Origin: Octopus vulgaris
Taxonomy: Eukaryota
Assembly (NCBI GenBank): GCA_951406725.2
Contig: OX597836.1
Coordinates: 26,412,001 to 26,476,000, forward strand
Length of the DNA: 64,000 nucleotides
Direction of reading: 5' to 3'
Shown here: piece by piece, positions 25,316 through 39,314 of the stretch
Position numbering within the stretch: the stretch's first letter is position 1
How the letters are laid out: every line of letters starts with the position of its first letter
The notes under the pieces: generated by a model
What the model was told of the DNA's origin: nothing
What the model saw: the letters and a program-made list of their open reading frames with translations, nothing else
Database searches by the model: none
Program-made: the position numbers and the translations under genes

Positions 25316-28300
25316 CTGCATTGCCATCTGTTGACACCTCGACTCCCTCAACTGGAGTCGGTGGTTGGCTTGGTTCAATTCCGCCTGAACACTGTTGTTT
25401 TGCTCGATACTCTTAGAAAATTGTTCCTGCAATTTCTGGTACTCTTCTTGGAACTGGTTTAGCCGGTCACCACCATTTTGGATGACCTGCAGCTGTGACT
25501 TGAGAGATTCATTCTCAAAATGAGCTTCTTTCAGTGAGCTGTTCACTTGTACCATATCCTGCTTCAACTGTGTGTTCTGGTTGGTCAGTTCCTGCACGTG
25601 ATCTTCTAGTTCTTCAACTCTTTTAGTAAATGTTACTTGCTCTCGTTTCAAATGTTCCTGTTGCTCATGAGCAAAGCTTTGTTCTTTTTCCACTTGGGTC
25701 TGCATTTTGTTCCTAAGCTCTTCAAACTGCTTTGCCAAATGTGTGTTATCCATCAATAGCTTGTTATAGCGTTCGTTCACCACAGACAATTCCTCTTTGC
25801 TGGAAACCAACTCTTTATTTTGTAAAACTATTTGTTGTAACTCTGTAGTAAGCTTACTGTTTTCTTTCTTCAATCCATCTACCGACTGGCATGTGGTCTC
25901 TAAATCACGGCCTTCAGCAGTCAGTCTTTCAATTTGCTCATTCATGATGTCCACTTCATTCTTCAAAAGAGACAAGCTTTCTTCTTTTCGACTCACTTCT
26001 AGCTCAGCCTCTTCGAGCTGTCTCTTCCAAACATCCCTAATGCTAATTTCCTTTGTTAACCGATTTACTTCTGCTGTCAATTCTTCAATTTCTTTCATAT
26101 TCTGTCTCAACATTTCTTTGTTAGCTTCCAGCTCCATTTTAACAGTTTGGAAATTTTCTTCTAAAAACATCTTTTCCTGCTCAAGTTCTTCTTCTCGTTT
26201 CTGAGATTCCCTTAACTGCTCTCCAATGGCACCAGCTTCTTGGGCTTCTCTTTTGTACAGTTCTCTTTCATTCATTTCATTCTTTATCTTTTCTGACAAC
26301 ATCTGATTCTCATCCTTAAAATGGATTATCTCACATACTTTAGCTTCTAATTCTTTTTCAAGATTAGACAGCCTCACTTCTAGATCCTTTTTCGCCGACT
26401 CATCTCTATCATCAGATTCCCTCTTCGTCTTTTCTAACTCTGCGACTAACATTTCCTGTTCCTGCAACAGTTTATTTTTTGCTTCTTCAAACTGTTTCCT
26501 TAACGTCTGCACTTCCTTACGATGGGTAACAACTTCTTCTCTGGCAGCATCCACTTGATCTTTTAAGTTATCCCGCTCTTCAGACAAACCTTGTAACTGA
26601 ATTTCAACTTGACTGCAATGATCCTTAGCAATGCTGCTATTTAACATTTCTTTCTCATATTTCGAAACGCTCTCTCTCAACTTGTGGTTTTCACTCTTCA
26701 AATTATCCTGACTTTCCTTCTGTTTCTTAACAAGTTGTTGGAAGTCTTCTAGGTCTGCATAGACATTTTTACATTCCCCTTCTAAATTTGTGATTTTATT
26801 CAACAAGGTAGACTTCTCCACAGAATACTGATTGCTGGCAGTCTCCATTTCTTGTTTCAGATTGATCCACTTATTTTCAAAATCAGATTTTTCTGCCAAG
26901 ACATTTTCAATTTGTTTTGAGAGTTTATCACATTTTGACTGCAACTCAGAATTACTCTTAGACAACTTCTGATTCACTTTCTCATTTTTTTTCTTAACAT
27001 TCTCAAACTCTGCCAGTTTTTCAGCAGCTTCACTCTGAGACTTTTGTCCTTGTTGATAGAATGCTGAAAGTTCTTGATATTTTAGTTTTTCAGAACCAAG
27101 GTCATTCTGGAGTTGAATAACTTTCGATTCCTCACCTGCCTTCTGTATCTTTAGATTTTCCATTTCTTTTAAAAGATTATCATTTTTATCTTTAAAAGAT
27201 TTCAGCTTCACTAATAACTTCTCACATTTTTCTGTTGCTATTTGATGTTTATTTTTTAGAGTCTCATGCTCTCGAGAAAGACTTTCAAATCTCTCTTGCA
27301 CATCATGTAACTCTTTCTCTATTAGCAAACTCTCAGAGGAATTCTTAACCTCTGACCTCTGAATAGATTCTTTCTCAATGCGAGCACTGTATAAGCTACC
27401 TTGATGTTCTTTCACTAGACTTGGTTCCAAAGGCACTTCTGCAGAATACGTTTCGGAAGATACAGGATTACACTTCTCCTTAAGCATAGAGTTTTCTTTC
27501 TTTAATTGTTCTAGATTTTCTGAAAGCACCATTTTTTCTTTAGAAGATTGCAAGAGATCTTCAGTAAATTTTTCAATATCTTCTTCCATTTTCGCGATAT
27601 TTTCATGACTCACACTCAAACTTTCTTCCAAAGCTTTCCTCTTCGAGTCAGACTTCTGGAGTTCAGAATTTAACCGATTATTTTCATTAATAGACTCCTT
27701 CCACTCAGAAGTTAACTGTTCCTTTTCTAAACTCATCCGACTAGATTCTACCTTCAGTTTTTCATACAAAATCCTTAAATCCGGCTCAATATCAGAAGCA
27801 GCCCTTTCACTTTCTCTCTCTCTGAAATATTCTAATTGTTCTTTATATTCCACAATTAACTGTTCCTTTTGCTGAACTTCATTTGAAACAGCTTCCAGTT
27901 GGTTTTGAATCTGTTTTAGCAGGGCACCTTTGCTGTTTATCTCTTCTTTATTTAATTGCAATTCTTCCACTGTTTGGTTATATATTTCCTTAAGCTTCTT
28001 CAGTTCTTCAACAGTATGTTGGTTCTGTTTGCTAACATCGTCCAAAGCATTTTTTAGCTCTGAAATCACAGTTTCTTTTTCAGAAATCTCATTACCAACA
28101 CCAATCATTTTCTCTTCAGAAGCTTTCAGGAGCGATGATTGCTCTTCAATACATGCATTCTTCGCACTAATTTCTGCTGACAATTCCTGCATCTTCAGGG
28201 CCATTTCTTTCAGCCGATGATCATCCTGATCCAGCAACTTTTGTTCCCATTTTGAAGCGTTCAGTTTGTAATCTTCCAACTCTTTGTTCTTGTTGGTGAT

Positions 28301-29677
28301 TTCTTCTTGAAGAAGATGAATTGTATGGCCAGATTCGTCCAGTTGTCCATTGAGAAATGTAATCCTGACATCTTTCTCCGTTTCTGTCTCCATTGTCTTC
28401 AAACTCTGCTCAACTTCATAAACTCTGTCTTGCAATTCTAGCATTTTGTGATTTTTCTCTTCAATGGTTGATAGAAGATCTTCCTTCTCCAAATTTTGGG
28501 ACAATAATAGTTCCTGTTTCTGATTGAAGTCTGATAAAAGGACCTCCTGTTCTTGACTTAACTGTTTCAACATCTGATTCTCCTGCTGACTTTCGACCAC
28601 TACATGCTTTGCCGCTTCTAAAGTAGACACCAATTTCTGCAGCAGTGACAGTGTTGCTTTACATGGTTCTGTACCAGAACTGCTAGACTCCTCCATTCCT
28701 TTCTCAGACAGGTTTTCTCCAGCAGTGTCTTTTCCCTCCGCCTCCGCCAATTCCGGCCACTCGCTCAATACAAGAGAAACTTTCTGTTGAAAAATTGAAT
28801 TCATTGAATTAATTTCTTCAAATACTTTCGCATTCATTTCTTTCATTTCATCTTTGCCGAGTTTACTCTCATTCTTTGCCTCTTGAACCTGTAATTTCAA
28901 TTTCTTGGCCGTCGCTAAGACTTTCAAATACTGGTTTTCTTTATTTTGAAGCGATTTCTTTGTTGAATCGAGAGCTTCTTTCTCTTTCTGAAGAGCATCC
29001 TCCAACTCCGCTATCTTTCCTTCACTCCCTTCTTTCACGTTAAACGAACTCGTTAATTGTTCTTCTAATTCCTGCATGTTTTCCAAAAGTGACATTATCT
29101 TTTCATCTTTTTCTTTCAATCTCCCTTGCTGCTCCTCATGCGTCTTCATATTCTCAGCAATCTCTGAAGTCAGATGCTGCAGTTGCTGTTCTCTCACCGA
29201 AAGTTGCTCCTTCAGCAACGACACATCTTGCTTGTTTTGCTCCTCTGCAGAATCATCCTCTTGCTCTTGCTTATTCTTTCTTTCCAATAGTTCTTTCAAT
29301 TCATTCACATGAGTGTCTTTCTCAACCAAACTTTTATTAACCAAACCCAAATGTCCTTCAGCTTCTTGCAAATGAGTCGACAGTTTATTAATCTCAGCAG
29401 ACTTCTCCTCAACTTGCGACGAAAGTTCCTGTATTTGCAAGTCTTTCAACCTAGAACGTTCCTCCGTTGATCTTAATTCTATCTTAACCTGTTCCATTTC
29501 GTGCTGCACATCCTGCATAGAAGACTGCATTTCTTGGTTGGTTGTGACTAAATCGGTCAACTTAGTCTGCAGTTCTTCGTTATATTTTTGGACTGAGGCC
29601 AACTGTTGATCAACTTGGAACTTCCCTTGCCTCACTTCATCTAATTCCAGAGATATTTTATCCAGTTCCACAGACGT
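25316..29677 (-). CDS. GOLGB1: Giantin-like giant exon, 4362 nt (1454 codons)
   Basis: Uninterrupted coiled-coil ORF (track 25271..29689). tgtcattgcag acceptor, GTAACA donor after QMAMQ, phase 0-0. Confidence 0.9.
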
Positions 29678-29859
29678 CTGCAATGACATTGGTTAGAAAC
29701 AAGAGTTAGAGTTTTGGAAATAAGTTCACATACACACGGTCGTCTGTTTCTTTTTAAATAACAACAACAACAACATGTGAATAAATAAATAAAAACCAAG
29801 CAAACCCAAACATAACAACAATACCTATTATTATTTTTATTTCTAATTTTGAAACAAGG

Positions 29860-30039
29860 CAAGAAATTTTGAGGGGAGGGGCATGGTGTTTACATGAGCC
29901 CCAATGCTCAAACTTGCACTTATTTTATCAACCTTGAGAGGATGAAAGGCAGCATTTAAACTAAGAATGCAAAGAGCCAGAAGAAAATGCCCCTAAGCAT
30001 TTTGTCTGACATGGGGAATGGTTCAGCCAACTTGTTGCC

Positions 30040-30080
<41 letters not shown>

Positions 30081-30328
30081 CCTTTCTGTTATAGGCACAA
30101 GGCCTGAAATTTGGGGAGGGGACTAGACAATTACATCGACTCCAGTGTTTCACTGGTACTTAGTTTGTCGATCCTGAAAGGCCGAAAGGATGAAAGGCAA
30201 AGTTAACCTTGGCAGAATTTGAACTCAGAACGTAGTGACAGGCAAAATACCACTAAGCATTTAGCCCGGCGTGCTAACGATTCTGCCAACTTGCCGCCTT
30301 ATAATTAATGATGATGATAATAATGATG

Positions 30329-30368
<40 letters not shown>

Positions 30369-30660
30369 TAATAATAACAATAATCCTTTCTACTATAGGC
30401 ATAAGGCCTGAATTTGGGGGCAGGGGTTAAGCTGATTGCATCGACCCCAGTACTCAGCAGGTGCTTATTTTAACAACCCCAAAAGGATGAAAAGCAAAGT
30501 TGGCCTTGACGGAATTTGAACTCAGAACACGAAGACAGACGAAATACCGCCAAGCATTTTGCCTGTCATGCTCACAATTCTGCCAGATCACTGCCTAAAT
30601 AATAATAATAATCCTTTCTACTAGAGCCACAAGGCCTGAAATTTTGGTGGGGACAGGGGT
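29860..30660 (-). mobile_element. Cluster of SINE family B copies separated by (TAA)n
   Basis: Three near-complete copies plus a fragment, all on the minus strand, between the two giant exons. Confidence 0.8.
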
Positions 30661-31435
30661 AGTCCCTAATAAGTACCAGTGCTCAAGTCAGATAAGTTGT
30701 CGGACTAAGCATTTTGTCCGACAACTTAATGATTCTGCCAAAATATTTCTGATCAAAGCACCAAATATTTTATAGAAGGAAGTATCTGGTTAATGGCATC
30801 AACTGCTTGTCTGCTACTTTAGGTTCATTGGCCTCCATAAAGATGAAAGCCAAAGTAGGCCTTGGCAGGATTTGAACTCAGAACATAATAGTCCATTCTG
30901 CTGATTCTATTATATACCACCACCACCACCACCAACACCATTACCACCACCATCACCATCACCATAAAAACAATAGTTCTTAGTGTAGGTATGAGATATG
31001 AAACAGGGGGAAAGGCATTAACCAACTGCATTGACCTCTAGTACTTGGTCAGTACTTTTATGTCATTGATGAATAACAAAACCCCTAAGACCTAAAACAG
31101 AGTGAAAGAAGTACACCAAGGCCTTAACCACAACACATCATGTGGAATACAGTGAATGCAACAGAAAACAAGTAAGCAACACAAAAAAAATACACACGTA
31201 TGGCACACACAGAACTGTACTTTGTTATGCAGGGAAAACATACGATAAAAATAAAATGTTGAAAAATTAATAATGATGAGGGACTTTTGCAGAATTGCAC
31301 ATAACCCATGCTTTTAGTAGAGGAAGGAGATGAAGGGTCTGGAGGAAATATGGAAGAAAATACATAGAAGGAATCTCCAATGCAAAGAGGGAAAGTAAAG
31401 AGCATCGAAATAACAGTGTAGTAATTAATCCTTAC

Positions 31436-34400
31436 ATGTTGAGGCGTCGGCTGAGTATCTCGTGTGGTGTCAAGGTTCTGTGTAAGGACAGGGTGGTTGC
31501 TGCCATCCAGTTCCGAGACATTTTGGCCACTGATGGAAGACATTTCTTCTGGACATTTCACAGACAATTCCTGCTGTTTTGTCAACAAACTCCTAAGTTT
31601 TTCAATTTCACTGCCCTGGTTGTTACAAACATTGGCTACATGAGAATAGGCAGCAGCGAAGGCAGCAAAGTGTTTCTCCAGACTCTGCAAATTCTCCAGA
31701 TTTGCTGTGCCGCCAGGCAGCTTATTTACCAAACCGTCTGTGACATCGTCATGGCATTCCTCTTCTTCCTCACTCTCTTCCATTATGGTTTCCAATGTGG
31801 AACCATGGACATCTTTCACATAAGTCAAAAGACCAGAGATTCTACTTTCAAGAGCATCTAAAGAGTTTTTCACCCTCTTTGTCTCTTCCGAATGACTGAC
31901 GGCTGTGCTGTGGCTATCATCACAGGCATTCTGTAGTCTAGCAACTTCTTTGACAAGTTTCTTACGCTCAGAAGACAGAGCTTCCATAGTTTCACTCATT
32001 TTCTGAATGGCTTCTTCTTTAGACAAAACTACAACATTCAACTCTGATACAATGTCCAGGAACCTAGCATTGTCAGCATCATGAGACAGTGCCAGGTCTT
32101 TCAAATATCCCCGAAGCCAGTTTAAAAAATTCACACCTGTCTGTGTGTCTGAATCATCCAACGGGCACATTTCAGACTTTGATTTCACCAAGTCAACCTG
32201 TTCTTCTGTCGATGTAGAATGTTCCAGATAGTTGCTATTGTTGACAATTTTTTTTAAATCTTCTAAAACAGCCTCGTATGATTTTGGATTAGCTTTCAAG
32301 CTTTTTTCTTTGATATCGTTTTGGATTTCTTTGAGACAGCTCATGAAAGATCCAAAAACTATGAAAATCTCTTGTTGGTACCTTTGGTACTGACTCAAGA
32401 AGTGGCTTAACTTTTCTAAAGCTTCTGCAGTTTTAAAACTTTTTTGTTGACATTCATCTAAACTTTGAAATAGTCCTGAACCCAATTCTTCAAAGAGTTG
32501 CTTGAAATGATTCTGTAAAGAATCTGCTTCAGCTTTGTGGAACTGATTTTGTGAAACCAGTTCCAAAATCTCTTTTACCAATAATGAAAATGATTCTTGA
32601 ATTGTTTTACAGCAGTTTCTTGTAGCACAAAGCTCTTCATTCCTCGCAGATAAAGTCATCTGAAGCTGTTTAATTCCATCTTCCGAAGACAACTGTTTAC
32701 TATCAGCAGCAGAGTTTAGTTCCAATATCTCAGCAGTTTTAACATCTAAACCATCCTTCAGTTCGGTCACTAAAATTTCAAAGTCATTAATCTTTATTTC
32801 TTTTTCTTTCAGTTGTTCATCCAGCCTCACAGCCTTTGAGTTCACCATCTCCAACTGCTTCTTCAGGGCTTCTATCTCAGCATTATTTTGATGACAAGAT
32901 TTCTTTAACTTTACACACATTTGCTTCAAGCGTTCATTTTTATTGCATAAATCTCTAACTTCATTTCTTGCCACCGATTCGTCCCCTTTAGGTTCGTTTT
33001 CAACTTCCGTATCCTTCACATTCGGGGTCTCATCCAAATATCTTTCCTTAGCTGGTTCTTTCTCAGCAGTTTTAATTTCAGAAAAAGAAGATTTCCAATT
33101 TCCAATTTTAGTTAACACTTCTGACATTTCAGTTTTAATATTTTCAACCTTAATTGCAATTAACTCGGCATTTTCACTGACTTTTTCATTAACTTCAGCT
33201 TCGTTTGACTCTTCGTTAAGACTTACTTCAGGCGACAATATTCCACTCAAACTTTTACAAATATCATTTCTCCAAAACATTTTCAGTTCTTCAAAATGTT
33301 TAGAATAAGCTTCTGTCTTGGACCGCAATTCCATGAGCTCATCTCGCAAACACATCTCAGATGCACAAGAATCCGACGTACCATATGATTTTTCACTCAA
33401 AGTTGGAGAACTAACTCTTAGAATTTCACTTCTCACCGATTCCACACTTCCATATTTGGAAGCTGACATACTAGAAAGACACTTTTCAGTAGTTTTTTTG
33501 GTCAAAGATGACTTTCTCTTTACATTTTCTGGGTTATTGTTGACTTTTTTATCTCCAATTTCTTGACTTCTTGTCCGGCGCTTAAGTAAGGGTGTATTTT
33601 TTTCAGTTTTTGGTTTTGTCCCTGGCACCTGCTTTTTCAGTCGTTCTTTATCGATTTTCATTTGACTTATTTTACTTTCCATATCCATAACCTTTTGGGA
33701 TAAAACCTGTTTGTCCCTCAACACTTTTTCAAGACGGCTTTCTATATCATGACATTTTTGATGCTCCCGTAACACTTGTTCCAGATGGTTCTTCACCTTA
33801 TCCCGTTCTTGACAAGTCGACACCAGTTCCATATCCACTTTAGCCAACTGCTCAGCAACAAGATCTTTTTCCACCAATTTCTTCTTCAGATCTTCTTCCA
33901 ATTTCCTGATGGTAATCCTCAAGAGCTCCACTTCATCCATCTGAAACTCCAACATTTCCTTCTCCTTCAGCACTTCAATTAACCTAGTCTCCAACTCCTC
34001 TTTCTCTTCTACCAATCTACTATTTTTCTCCAGCTTGACTTTCTCTTCATCAAATTCAACCAAATTATCTTCATTTAACACAGAATCTGTAAGTCTGGGA
34101 TCACCAATAAATTGATCTTTTCTTTTTATCAACTCCAACACCTGATCCTGAGAAGATCCTTCTAAAGCCTGTACAAATGCCTTCAGGCCTTGCGATTCTT
34201 TGCCTAAACAAACAACTCTGTCAAACAAGACATTCAGTGACACTTCGAGAATATCTTCTTCCCTCAGGTTTTCCTTATTAACTGTGGCTGGAAGAGTAAC
34301 ATTGATTCCAGTCTGTTGGCATTTTGCAAAGAAATTCAAAATAGTTTTTTGCATAGGTGCTGTATTGTGTGAAATTTCTTCAGGTAGACTTGAAATATTT

Positions 34401-37400
34401 GGATCTTTTTTGGTGCTTATCTCAGCTGATTCTTCAGTTGCAAGAACTCTCTCTTTTTCAACAATAAATTGGGATTGACTAGGATCTTGTGCAACCACTT
34501 TCTCTTTAGAGCACTTTCCAGAAGTTTCTCTCGTATTTACATCCGGGATGCTCACATGTGTTTCTTTCCAAGTCTGAAGAACATGAAACAAATTTGAAAA
34601 TTTATCAACCAAATTTTCAAGTTGATTATTTTCATTTTTATCATTAGAACATACAAGAAAATCAGAATCCTGTGATGGCATCTGCTCTGACCCATTAACC
34701 AAAATACAAGCACAGTTCTCATAGATTTCTGTCAGTTGTTTGGCAGCTGAACCGAATGCCAATTCCCTGTCCATTTGTATTTGTTGTAAGTTTTCTAGCA
34801 TCAATTTCTGTTCTTGCAAATATTTACAAAATTGGTTAATGCGGCCAGGAATGCTTTCTTCTTTCAGAGCATCTTTCCCAAAGTTTGAATTTAAAGAGTC
34901 TAATAATGAAAATAGGTTTTCTCTTTCTTGAACTAACTCTTTTAATTTCTTTATAATAATTTTGTTCCCACATTCCTCTTTCGAAGAAATATCAGATTCA
35001 TTGTGTCTTTCAGAGGAATCAGCAGCTGTGTTACCATTATTCAAAGAAGATGTGCTCTTTGATTTTCTTGTAGACTTTTTAGCATATTTTTTCTTTAAAG
35101 CGCCATCAACATTGGAATTTGGGGTCTGTTTCTTCACATTCTTAAAGGGCATCCCAGAAGACTGTAATCTTGGTGGGACAGGTTCCGGTAAAGACTCTTT
35201 ACCACAATTATTCAACAAACAAGCATCAATCAATTGATTAATTTCAGAACAATCTTCTTCATTAATGGAGATTTTAGTTTTAAGTTGAGCACATTCTTTT
35301 GACTTCTCAACCAATTCCTTCTTCAACCTTCCTACCATTTCTTGAGACTTATTTCCTTCATCTATCTGGAGTCTGAGATTACTGATCTCAGTAGTAAGGA
35401 CTTGATTCTTGTTTATTAAATCGGTAATAGTTAGTTCGGATTCTTTCTTTACCTTTTCAAACGAGTCTTCCAGTGCCAGTTGAGAATCATGAAGAACACC
35501 TTGAAATCTAGAAAGCTCCAAATTTGTTTCCTCCAGATTATATTCAGATTCTTTCAGTTTTTGGCAGAGTATATCATGTTCTTGTTTCAGATTTTCATAG
35601 GACTTCCTGAAACTTTCCACGGCGACCTCTCCTTCTTTTACACTATTCTTCATTTTTTCCAAAGATTTCTCACTCGTGACCCCTAATTCTTTACTATCTT
35701 TTAGTTCAGATTGAAGATCTTTGATAACTTGTTGATAGAACTGGTTCTCTTGGAGCAACATCTGGAATTTCTCTTTACCAACTTCTTGAGATTCTTTCGT
35801 TTCATCAACAGACATTAATAAATTTCTAATCAAATCTTCCTTCTCCTGTAAACTCACTTTAAAGTTAACAATATCCATTTCCGCTTCATGTTTCTCTGAC
35901 TGCAACAATCCTATCTCTTTTACTAATCTATTTTCATTTGCCACAGATTTCTGCAACTGTTCCTCAAGACCAGTAATACAGCGATTCCTCTCAGCCAACT
36001 GATTATCAAAACTACTTTGTAGTGAAGAGAGTTCATTGCTTAAACTAAGATTCTCTTCTTGCTGTTTTTCAGCAGCTCTATTAGAAGATGTTATCAGACT
36101 ATTTTGATCCTGCAGTTCTTGAACTGTCTTTTGATGATAATTTTCAAATGATTCCTTTATATTTTTATTAACTGTTTCAATATTTACTCTAAGCTCTTTT
36201 TCTACTTCCAACCTGTTACCAAGTTCCTTAAGTTTGTCTTCCAAATCTTTCTTTTCCAAACATGCTTCTTGTAGCATTGCACTGTTTTCCCTTATTTTAT
36301 CTTCAGCATTTTTAAGATTAGTTTCAAGTTCCCCGATGGTACCATCTCTCTCTGACATCACCTGTTCAGCTTTAACTAATTTACCTGCAATATCTTCATT
36401 ATCTTTGGCCAGCATCTTCTCTTTCTCGTGTAACAACAACTGGTTGTTATCATATTCAGATAGTTTTAACAAAAGCTGATTGTTCTCCACCTCTAACCGT
36501 TCCACTCGATCTTTGCGTTCAGCAAGAGATTTTTCAAACGTAAGATTACTAGCTGAAACTTCAGACAATTTAGAATTAGACGAAGCAAGTGCTTGTTCAA
36601 GATCATTAATTTGATTAGAGCATTTTTCTAAATGAACATTTAATTGAGATTTTTCCTTTTCTAGTTCATCTGAGTGATGTTGAAGTAAACCTTCCTTCTC
36701 AGACAACAAATCTTGTAGCTGCCCTATCTTTTTGGTTAATTCTAAGTTAGTGTTAGTAACAAGTTGTATTTCACGTATACCATTTTCAACCTCAGCATGC
36801 ATGCATTTCTTTTCATGTGACACTAATTCTAAATTTTCAGACAAAAGTCTCACCTTCTTTCCTTGTTCTTCCAGCAAAAGCTCCAGATCTTGCCTGTTGG
36901 TTTCCCTAGAAATTTCCTGGTCTTTTAAGAGCCTCACTTCTTCCTGTAGACTGGTTTGTTGTTGCATCAGTGCCTCTACTTGATTTTTGGCATCAGTCAG
37001 TTGCTGCTGCATGAAGTTGGAACTGTCTTGAACATTTTTAATCTGTTGTGTTAAGTCATTTTCACGAACCTGGCTTTGTTGTAATGACAAATTTAAGCTT
37101 TCAACATTGTCCTGTAAAGAAGTGATTTTTACATCTTTCCCTTCCATAAGTTTCTTCACTGCTAGTTCTTGCTGTGAAGAATCTGATTGTAGATTCATCA
37201 AAGTCAACTCATTCTGGCTACATTTATTTTCCAATTCCTCAACGTTTGATTTAAGTGATTCATTATTTTTTTCGGAATGTTGTAGCATTGATTCAAGCCG
37301 AACTTTCTCTGATAACAATCCTTCTATTTGAGAAATAACTAATCCAATAGACTCTGATAGAGGCATTTCCATTTCAGAATCTGTTGATAAAGTCCCAAGT

Positions 37401-38488
37401 CTGTTGATAAGCAAATCTTTCACCATTTCACCAGATACTTGCATTGTCCTTTCATGGGCCACCTTCTCAGCCTGCACTTTCTCACAAACTGCTTTAGATT
37501 CGTTGAAGCTTGCAGTCAATTCAGACACTTTCACAGAAAGACTTTCGATTTGAGCATCTTTTTCTGTCTTTTCAGTGTTAAGCTGCAATACAACAGAGTT
37601 CATTTCTTTACGTTTCATATCAAAATCAGATTGTTTCTCATTTAGAATGTTGGTCATTTGATCCAGTGAAGATTTAAGGTTTTCTATTTGTGCCTGTTTC
37701 TCAGCCATAATCTTGCCACTATCTTCATCCATTCTGGATTGTTCAGAAACCACTTTGGTAAAATCCTCAACTTTTTCTTGCAGAGATTGCTGCAAACTCT
37801 CTACTTTAGCTTCAGACTCATATAAACTGCTTTGTTTACTTTCAACATCTTTCTGCAAAGCTTCTATTTGACTCTGAAACAGGACGGTTTGGGAGAGGAA
37901 TTCTTGCAGCTTCTCACTAGCTTCCTTTTCATACTGCTCTACTTTCTGCTCCTGAGAGACTTGCAGTTCCTTAAACTTACATATTTCGGCTGTCTGAGTA
38001 TCAACAGTTTCCTGAAGTAACTTTATACTTTGATCCTTCATTGACAAATTTTCTTTATATGAATTATTCTCAGCTGCTCTGTCATGCATGGAAAGCTGAA
38101 CATTTTTGTCGTAGTTTTGAAGCTGTGATTTCAACGATTCAACCTCAGTTTCTTTACTCTCAAGAGCATTCTGTTTCTCATCCCAAGACTTCTCAATAAT
38201 TTGAAGTCTCTGTTGCAGTTCAGTGACACACTCAACTTTCTCTTTCACCACATAGTATAGTTTCTCCACAGAAATCTCAGTAAAACCAAGGAACTGACAG
38301 ACGTGACCTATTTCCTTGCTCTGCTGCTGAAAGTTACTCAACGTTTCATCAAGTGACTGCTTCAGTTCTTTCTGTGCTTTTCCATGTTCACTAGCAACTG
38401 TCTGAAGAGCATCTTCTGTCTGTTGTAGCTTCATCCGAGTCTCGTCCAAAGAGGTTTGGGTCTTCTTCAGTTTCTCGTCCGCTTCAGT
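31436..38488 (-). CDS. GOLGB1: Giantin-like giant exon, 7053 nt (2351 codons)
   Basis: Uninterrupted E/K/Q/L-rich ORF (track 31124..38449). tgtcattgtag acceptor, GTAAGG donor after TPQH, phase 0-0. Confidence 0.88.
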
Positions 38489-38545
38489 CTACAATGACAA
38501 AAACAAAATATCAAGATTCACTGACAACAGATTTATGTATATACT

Positions 38546-38814
38546 TTTATTCTTTTACATGTTTCAGTCATTTGACTGCAGCCATGCTGGAGCACAGCTT
38601 TTAGTCAAACAAATCGACCCCAGAACTTATTCTTTGTAAACCTAGTACTTATTCTATCGGTCTCTTTTGCCAAACCACTAAGTTACGGGGATGTAAACAC
38701 ACCACCATCGGTTGTCAAGCAACGTTGGGGGGGGACAAACACAGGCACACACACAAATATATACATATACTAACTCCAAGACGCCGAGTTCAATTCCAGG
38801 CAGTGCCTTGAATA

Positions 38815-38854
<40 letters not shown>

Positions 38855-39058
38855 TACTCTTACTCTTTTATTTGTTTCAGTTATTTGACTGTGGACATGC
38901 TGGAGCACCGTCTTTTAGTCGAGCAAATCGACCCCAGGACTTATTCTTTGTAAGCCTAGTACATACTCTATCGGTTTCTTTTGCTAAGTTACGGGGACGT
39001 AAACACACCACCATCGGTTGTCAAGCGATGTTGGGGGGGGGGGCACAGACACACAGCA
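38546..39058 (-). mobile_element. Two 3' halves of SINE family A
   Basis: 38546-38770 and 38856-39058 match the family A 3' portion. Confidence 0.8.
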
Positions 39059-39113
39059 AAAAAAAATACCTTAGGAACGAGAATCCAGAGTTGGGTTCAA
39101 AATTCTACAAGGA

Positions 39114-39145
39114 CACCTGATAGAGGCTCCAGCCGAAACATTGTG
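39114..39145 (+). ncRNA. Hammerhead-like motif, decayed
   Basis: CAC-CTGATAGA-GGCT(CC)AGCC-GAAAC-ATT-GTG. The downstream flank recurs inverted at about 13945-14000. Confidence 0.4.
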
Positions 39146-39314
39146 GTAACAATAAACAAGATGAGGACACATATTCGTCCAATGTAAATAATGTAAATAA
39201 ACTCCATTGTTATTGGTGACACTCTAATCCACAGAATGGTTCGGATTTTATACTCAATGTTTAAGACATCCCCTAAATTCCGTCCTGTACACCTACATAT
39301 ACAATAAATAAAGG

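Noticed and set aside
25797-38020. Plus-strand ORFs overlapping the giant exons
   Set aside because: Antisense shadows of a low-complexity coiled-coil CDS.
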